Positions 6,483 through 11,535 of a DNA stretch of 11,535 bases are shown piece by piece. Where the stretch lies: contig JBHLLO010000085.1 of the NCBI GenBank assembly GCA_048885535.1, positions 1-11,535 on the forward strand. The letters run 5' to 3'. Origin of the DNA: Candidatus Hermodarchaeota archaeon (GTDB lineage Archaea > Asgardarchaeota > Lokiarchaeia > Sigyniarchaeales > SOKP01). The position numbers and the translations under genes were made by a program. Within the stretch, counting starts at the first letter, position 1. Every line of letters begins with the position of its first letter. The notes under the pieces were generated by a model. That model saw nothing but the letters and a program-made list of their open reading frames with translations, did not search any database and was not told where the DNA came from.

Positions 6483-8003
6483 TTAAAACCAATCATCCTC
6501 TTTAGCATAATTAATGTTTAAATATTGTAATCTTTTAAGGAATGGAGGTAACCTTGATTGAAATGATACAAAATTTTTCTTTTTTCTTGAAGTCCAACCT
6601 GTTTCAGCAATAGCTGCCAATCTAGGGAGAATTTTTTTCTCTAAGTCGTTAATTTCTAAAATTAATTCAGTCCAAAGACAAGCCTCAATCCCAAGTACAT
6701 TTTTATGATATTTTTCATTTAGTCCGTCTGGAATTGGCTCATAAAGATAACTTTTCGAAAGTGGTGTTCTTCTATAACCATGGTTTAAGTAGACTGATTC
6801 CATCTCAGACATTATGATGTTTCTACCCTTCTTTACTTGTTCTATAACTTGAGTAGAGTTATCCATCCAAAATTGACTTAAAATCTGTTTACTTAATAAA
6901 TCATTTAAAATATCATTCCATACAATCACTTTTTTACTTTTTTTTTCTAAAATCTTAGAAATCCTATTAGCAAAATATATTTGTAGACCTTCTTCGGATC
7001 TCAAATTTTCATTTTTCATTCGTTTTTGGCATAATTCACAATTTTTCCATCTTTTTGTTAGAACTTCGTCACCACCAATATGAATTAGATTTGAGGGGAA
7101 TATTTCAATTATCTCTTGGAGCAGAAACTCAATAAATTTAAAAGTAGATTCCTTTCCGATACATAGGACTTCAGGAAATATACCCACACGAATACTCACT
7201 TCATACGATTGTTCAATACACCCTAAATTTGGGTAAGCTGCTAAAGCAGCTGTGATATGACCAGGCATATCAATTTCAGGAACAATTTTTATGAATCTTT
7301 CTTTAGCATAATTAACAATCTCCCTCAAATCTTCTTGTGAGTAATACCCTGAATATAATTTTCCATCAGATTTATTTCGACTTAAATTTAAGGTTGTTGA
7401 TTTTCTTTTTGAACCAATATCAGTTAATCGAGGGAAATTCTTTATTTCAATTCTCCATCCTTGATAATCGGTTAAATGCCAATGAAAAATATTAAGTTTT
7501 AAAAAAGCCATTATATCAAGAATTTCTTTCACAACCTCTTTACCAAAAAAGTGGCGTGCCTCGTCTAACATGAAGCCTCTCCATGAAAAACGAGGAGAAT
7601 CCTCAACTGTAACACATGGGATAATCCATTCTATATTTGATCTCTGTGAAGATTCTATTTCTGGAGGGAAAATTTGTCTTAATGTTTGAATACCATAAAA
7701 TAATCCTTCTGGGTTAATGGAATTTATTTCAATTCCATCAGAGGAAACAATCAATTTATATTCTTCTCTTGAAGTTTCTTCACTTTTACTTATCAATTTT
7801 AAAGTAATGGAGTTATTTTCTATTTTCTTTCTGGTAAACTCTTTTACGGATAAATTAAAACCAGTAGCAGGTGCTAACAAGTCTCTTAAATATTGACCCA
7901 AATCTTTATTGAATAAATCACAGTAAATAATCGTGTTAGCATTTAATTTAAAGAAACCTCTGTTCTGAATTAACTTTACGGGCTCTGGGATTATAGAAAT
8001 CAT
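6483..8003 (-). CDS. Beta-N-acetylhexosaminidase, glycoside hydrolase family 20 (GH20b + catalytic domain)
   Basis: IIPEP start, EEYKL, GLFYGIQTLRQ, DSPRFSWRGFMLDEARHF, FHWHLTD.QGWR, PEIDMPGH, catalytic HIGGDE, ACLWTE, PRLAAIAE. Probable start ATG 8003 (MISIIPEP) rather than TTG 8063. Confidence 0.95.
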   Translation of the reverse strand: MISIIPEPVKLIQNRGFFKLNANTIIYCDLFNKDLGQYLRDLLAPATGFNLSVKEFTRKKIENNSITLKLISKSEETSREEYKLIVSSDGIEINSINPEGLFYGIQTLRQIFPPEIESSQRSNIEWIIPCVTVEDSPRFSWRGFMLDEARHFFGKEVVKEILDIMAFLKLNIFHWHLTDYQGWRIEIKNFPRLTDIGSKRKSTTLNLSRNKSDGKLYSGYYSQEDLREIVNYAKERFIKIVPEIDMPGHITAALAAYPNLGCIEQSYEVSIRVGIFPEVLCIGKESTFKFIEFLLQEIIEIFPSNLIHIGGDEVLTKRWKNCELCQKRMKNENLRSEEGLQIYFANRISKILEKKSKKVIVWNDILNDLLSKQILSQFWMDNSTQVIEQVKKGRNIIMSEMESVYLNHGYRRTPLSKSYLYEPIPDGLNEKYHKNVLGIEACLWTELILEINDLEKKILPRLAAIAETGWTSRKKKNFVSFQSRLPPFLKRLQYLNINYAKEDDWF

Positions 8004-8158
8004 TAATAAAAACCTTTTTTTATGAACATCCTCTACGTTAACAATTCTAACTTTCAAAAGCAATTAAGAAATTTAAAATATATTATTCTAAATCTGTACA
8101 AAAAGATAAATCTGGAAAATAAAATAAAAATAAAAACTAATAAATTATTTATCTTTTT

Positions 8159-8641
8159 ATGAGCGAATCTAACAAACCAAAATTTGATGATGTTGACTTA
8201 GAAATTTTAAAAATATTAAGTCAAGATGGGAGAAAAACTTATCATGCGATTTCTGATGACTTAGGTAAATCACCAGTCACCATTAAAAAGCATATAGAGG
8301 ATTTAGTTGAAAATGGAATTATTAAAAATTATGGCATACAGATAGATTATGAAAAACTGGGGTATAACATAATTGCCATAATCGAGGTAACTATTTCTAA
8401 AGGGAAAATGCTTGAGGTAGAAGAAAAAGTTGCTTCACATCCTAATGTTTTTGCAGTTTATGACATTACTGGGACTTACGATGCATTAGTGTTTGCTAGA
8501 TTTAAATCAAGGGAAGAACTTAGTGCAATGATTAAAAAGTTTCATTTATCTCCTTATGTTGAGAGAACAAATACTCATATCGTACTAAATGTTATTAAAG
8601 AGGAAAGCTCCTTGGTAAAACTACTTGAAAAAGGAAAATAA
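8159..8641 (+). CDS. Lrp/AsnC family transcriptional regulator
   Basis: DDVDLEILKILSQDGR..., HTH, IDYEKLGY, YDITGTYD RAM-domain motif, VERTNT. Confidence 0.93.
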   Translation: MSESNKPKFDDVDLEILKILSQDGRKTYHAISDDLGKSPVTIKKHIEDLVENGIIKNYGIQIDYEKLGYNIIAIIEVTISKGKMLEVEEKVASHPNVFAVYDITGTYDALVFARFKSREELSAMIKKFHLSPYVERTNTHIVLNVIKEESSLVKLLEKGK

Positions 8642-8724
8642 AAGATTCAAACCATTAATATCACTTCTATTACTAAATTTGTCGGGACTGTTGTTTTTTA
8701 TTGATGAAATTAAATCTATTCTTT

Positions 8725-8922
8725 ATGAGTATAGGAATAGTTAAAGTGAATAAAAAGGATTTTTATGATAAACTATTTCCTGATGTTTCTGAATTAATAA
8801 TACCCTTCTCTGAGTTCTTCAAGAATCATAACTCTCACTACATTTATACAGGAAAAGAAAGAATCCCATTTGCAGAAAGAGATCCTGAATATATTGGAAT
8901 AATGAAAAAAGAATTTTTATAA
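8725..8922 (+). CDS. Small hypothetical protein (start uncertain: 8701, 8704 or 8725)
   Basis: Open frame filling the gap between Lrp and the convergent MBL gene, stop 4 nt from the MBL stop; no recognisable motif. Confidence 0.45.
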   Translation: MSIGIVKVNKKDFYDKLFPDVSELIIPFSEFFKNHNSHYIYTGKERIPFAERDPEYIGIMKKEFL

Positions 8923-8926
8923 TATT

Positions 8927-9865
8927 TTACTTGGAAGGCTTCTCTTGTAAGTGGTCTAAAAACTGGGGAAACTTTTCTTTAATAAGCGACTTTATAAAAT
9001 CCATTTTATTAGGGTTATGCTTCTTTATCTTTTCATGTAATTTTAGAGCCTCTACATTATTTGGAGAAATTTCTAGTAAATAATTGCAAAAATCCAGAGC
9101 TGTATCAAAAAATTCTAGCTCATAATTTATTTTAGTTATTTCAAGTAATGCTTTTACATCTGATGGATTTTCTAGAGCAACTAGATTAAGATTATCATTG
9201 AATTTCATATATCCTTCAATGAATTTCTTAACTTTTTCTGCTGGTTGTATCAGATTTTCATGGCCTTCACAAAGAATATCTATATTGTATCTAAGAAGTT
9301 TCTGCATTGATTTAAGATAATCTTTTAAGTTCCCATCTCGCCTATTTATAGCAATTCCAGGAAGATCTCCTCCAAAGAGAATTCTCTTTTCCTTAGTTTC
9401 CAAAAGAAAAGCCAGAGATCCCGGTGTGTGTCCAGGAATATGAATGCAATTAAATTTTAATTGACCAAATTTTAAGATCTCATTATCTTTCTTAATTTTT
9501 TTGTCTAATTTAACTGGAGTGTACTTATAATTAGGAAAAGCTTCAGCAATATATTGATCAGTTGGTATATTTTCAATTTTTTCAGCATCTAATTCATGAG
9601 CATAGAATTTAATGTCTTTATTAAATGCTTTAAGTTTATGACAGGCACCATAATGATCCAAATGAGCATGTGTTATAAGACAATGCTTTAAATCCCTTAA
9701 ATCAAACCCTTCTTTTTCAATTGCTTGAATTGGTTCTATATTAAGTCCCACATCTATTAAAACCAAGCCATCATCACTTTTAGTATCAATAAGGTAAACA
9801 CAACAGTCTATATTTTTAGGATCATAAGGCTTTACCACATAAACATTATCAACAACAGATTTCAT
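8927..9865 (-). CDS. Metallo-beta-lactamase-fold hydrolase with C-terminal TPR-like helices
   Basis: LIDVG, THAHLDH (HxHxDH), PGHTPGS, LFGGD, CEGH; tail NPSDVKALL...ALDFCNYLLEISPNNVEA resembles a TPR. Start ATG 9865 or TTG 9871. Confidence 0.9.
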   Translation of the reverse strand: MKSVVDNVYVVKPYDPKNIDCCVYLIDTKSDDGLVLIDVGLNIEPIQAIEKEGFDLRDLKHCLITHAHLDHYGACHKLKAFNKDIKFYAHELDAEKIENIPTDQYIAEAFPNYKYTPVKLDKKIKKDNEILKFGQLKFNCIHIPGHTPGSLAFLLETKEKRILFGGDLPGIAINRRDGNLKDYLKSMQKLLRYNIDILCEGHENLIQPAEKVKKFIEGYMKFNDNLNLVALENPSDVKALLEITKINYELEFFDTALDFCNYLLEISPNNVEALKLHEKIKKHNPNKMDFIKSLIKEKFPQFLDHLQEKPSK

Positions 9866-10048
9866 TTTCAAAACTTCTTTATATGAGGATTTTAACTCTT
9901 TTTGTAAATTGAATAAAAATATACAATTAATGATATAAAGATTTTCAATTGAACTTCAGTTTATAGTTATTAACTCCAAAAGTTTTAAAAAACTTATGAA
10001 CTAATTGAAATACACAACTTTTTTCCAATAAAAGATCCAGAATTAATC

Positions 10049-10323
10049 CTATTTCAAATCTGTAACTATTTTAAGAAATTTTGAATGTAGAATGGATGTC
10101 CAACTCTCTGCAAATGGCGCTCCGGAAGAATAAGAAAGTAAATAAACTTTAACTGCTTCTTACTCATTTTTTACTTCACAAATATCAAGAAAATCATGAG
10201 GTCCCAATCCATTTAATATCTGGGATTTTTTCCCTTACTCGCTTTAAAAATCTTTCTCCTTGTTGTTACCTTCTCTCAACCAAATCGAGGTTTTGCATTT
10301 ATAAAAATAATGAAAAAAGGCTG
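10049..10323 (-). pseudogene. Decayed tandem paralog of the adjacent GYD-family gene, absent from the ORF track
   Basis: Reads NLDLVERR*QQGERFLKRVREKIPDIKWI/GPHDFLDICEVKNE*EAVKVYLLSYSSGAPFAESWTSILHSKFLKIVTDLK*; TAA at 10268-10266 and 10162-10160, frameshifting deletion near 10205, no intact start. Confidence 0.9.
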
Positions 10324-10336
10324 ACTACTAAATTAT

Positions 10337-10630
10337 CTATTCTATACTATCAAGCAATCCCAGAAAATCCGAATATGGAATTGCTGTCCAGCTTTCTGCA
10401 AACATCGCTCCAGCAGCACGAGATAATAGTGAAACTTTTGCTGCCTCATGTTCATTTTCCACTTCAAAAATATCAATAAAATCATAGGGGCCAAGAATGG
10501 CATAATGAGCTATCCATTTAATTGTCGGAACCTTTTCTCTTACTAACTGTAACCATTTTTCACCCTGTTCTTTCCTTTTTTGTACTAAATCAGGGTTTCG
10601 TAATTTTGTTGCTAGTATATATATCGGCAT
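10337..10630 (-). CDS. GYD domain-containing protein (97 aa)
   Basis: MPIYILATKL start, HYAILGPYDFIDIFE (GxYD signature), ESWTAIP; probable start ATG 10630, with a TATA-like TTTATAA about 20-25 nt upstream (likely leaderless). Confidence 0.85.
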   Translation of the reverse strand: MPIYILATKLRNPDLVQKRKEQGEKWLQLVREKVPTIKWIAHYAILGPYDFIDIFEVENEHEAAKVSLLSRAAGAMFAESWTAIPYSDFLGLLDSIE

Positions 10631-10794
10631 AAAAAACATTATTATAGTTATAAATAAAAGCTTTGCCTTTGACAAATTCTTTCTGACCAATAATGCTTGA
10701 AAGGGTAAAATAGGTAATGCAAACCTTGAGCATCATAAAATAGCTTAATTTTAGAATTTATAAGGAATCACTAAAAGTAAGAATTATTAAAAAT

Positions 10795-11283
10795 TCATTT
10801 TTTCTTGTTTTCTTCGGTATATTTCGTCAAATTTTCTAAGATTCTTCTTAAATTGTTTTCAAACTCATCAATCTCCTTTTCAGAAAAACCATTATAATAA
10901 ATTTCTCTCATTTGATTAGAAACTTGAAAAAATTTATCCTGTAATGCTTTATGCTTTTTAGTTAATTTTATGTTAATAGTTCTTTTATCATTTGCAACAC
11001 GTACTCTTTTTATATGCCCTGATTTTTCAAGATTATCCAACATATGAGACAGGGTAGCTTTACTTAATGAGGTTTTTCTTTTAAGCTCTTGGAAGGATAT
11101 GTCATCTTTTTGCCAAAGTGGAAATATTACTCTACCTTGAGCAGATGTTATTTCAGTAACATTAGAATCTCGGAGTATTTTTGCAAAAATTCGCTCTGAT
11201 AATTTACGGATCTTTCCCATCAAAAATCCTCCTTCTCTCAACTTTTCCTTATTTTCTTCCTTATCTTCAGGCATTTCTTTCAT
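10795..11283 (-). CDS. MarR family transcriptional regulator
   Basis: ITSAQGRVIFPLW, SFQEL, LSKATLSHMLDNLEKSGHIKR, DKR..I.LT, GFSEKEI..F...L.RI..NL. Confidence 0.93.
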   Translation of the reverse strand: MKEMPEDKEENKEKLREGGFLMGKIRKLSERIFAKILRDSNVTEITSAQGRVIFPLWQKDDISFQELKRKTSLSKATLSHMLDNLEKSGHIKRVRVANDKRTINIKLTKKHKALQDKFFQVSNQMREIYYNGFSEKEIDEFENNLRRILENLTKYTEENKKK

Positions 11284-11301
11284 TTCTAAATTATATAAAA
11301 T

Positions 11302-11535
11302 CTATACTTTCGTAAGAAAATTAGTTACTGCAACTTTGTATAATTCAGGTTGATCATCATGTACTACATGACCAGCGTCAGGAATTTCAATAAGTTGACA
11401 GTTTTTTATTATTTTTGACATTTTTTCAGCATGTTCGCGGTCAAATTGACTAGATCCCCCTTTAATTATCAGTGTAGGACATTTTATTTGTTCTAATTCT
11501 TCCCATTTTGATTTTCCAAAACTTAAACTTAATAT
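11302..11535 (-). CDS. Alpha/beta hydrolase, C-terminal part (5' end outside window), absent from the ORF track
   Basis: ILSLSFGKSKWEELEQIKCPTLIIKGGSSQFDREHAEKMSKIIKNCQLIEIPDAGHVVHDDQPELYKVAVTNFLTKV*; CPTLII.G and AGH..H.DQP catalytic-His motif. Confidence 0.9.
   Translation of the reverse strand: MLSLSFGKSKWEELEQIKCPTLIIKGGSSQFDREHAEKMSKIIKNCQLIEIPDAGHVVHDDQPELYKVAVTNFLTKV

Noticed and set aside
10160-10268. Stop-codon recoding rescuing the second GYD copy
   Set aside because: Both stops are TAA and there is also a frameshifting deletion; ordinary decay is simpler.
10631-10690. N-terminal extensions in the ORF track (also 992-1051 and 8004-8063)
   Set aside because: Family-typical N-termini and RBS/TATA placement favour starts at 10630, 1052 and 8003.
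1-11535. CRISPR array, tRNA/rRNA, transposase or integrase
   Set aside because: No regularly spaced repeats, GC-rich structured RNA segments or mobile-element motifs were seen by eye.

Overview
AT-rich prokaryotic chromosomal segment with archaeal-style signals (GAGGTGA/AGGTG/GGAGG ribosome-binding sites, TTTAAATA-type TATA boxes, oligo-T ends). The gene mix suggests an Asgard archaeon (Lokiarchaeia/Promethearchaeota-like); this is inference, not a database result. Left to right: 5'-truncated MtaA/UROD-superfamily Zn methyltransferase coupled to a corrinoid (B12-binding) protein; membrane-anchored DNRLRE/CBM96-like surface protein; PDO-type double-thioredoxin protein lacking its first CxxC; flavodoxin; a 73-aa putative wHTH protein with a palindromic operator; an unannotated 55-aa CxxC/HxxH protein that appears to start at ATA; a stand-alone 3-hexulose-6-phosphate synthase-like gene; an unannotated truncated DUF3795-like remnant; a small 2-TM protein with an 18-nt homopolymer; a Cys-rich 107-aa protein; GH20 beta-hexosaminidase; Lrp/AsnC regulator; small hypothetical; MBL hydrolase with TPR-like tail; a GYD-family gene with an unannotated decayed tandem copy; MarR regulator; and the 3' end of an alpha/beta hydrolase. 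No rRNA, tRNA, CRISPR or mobile element was seen. No complete novel system can be demonstrated from sequence alone; the best leads are the small-protein pair at 3959-4713 and the corrinoid methyl-transfer module.
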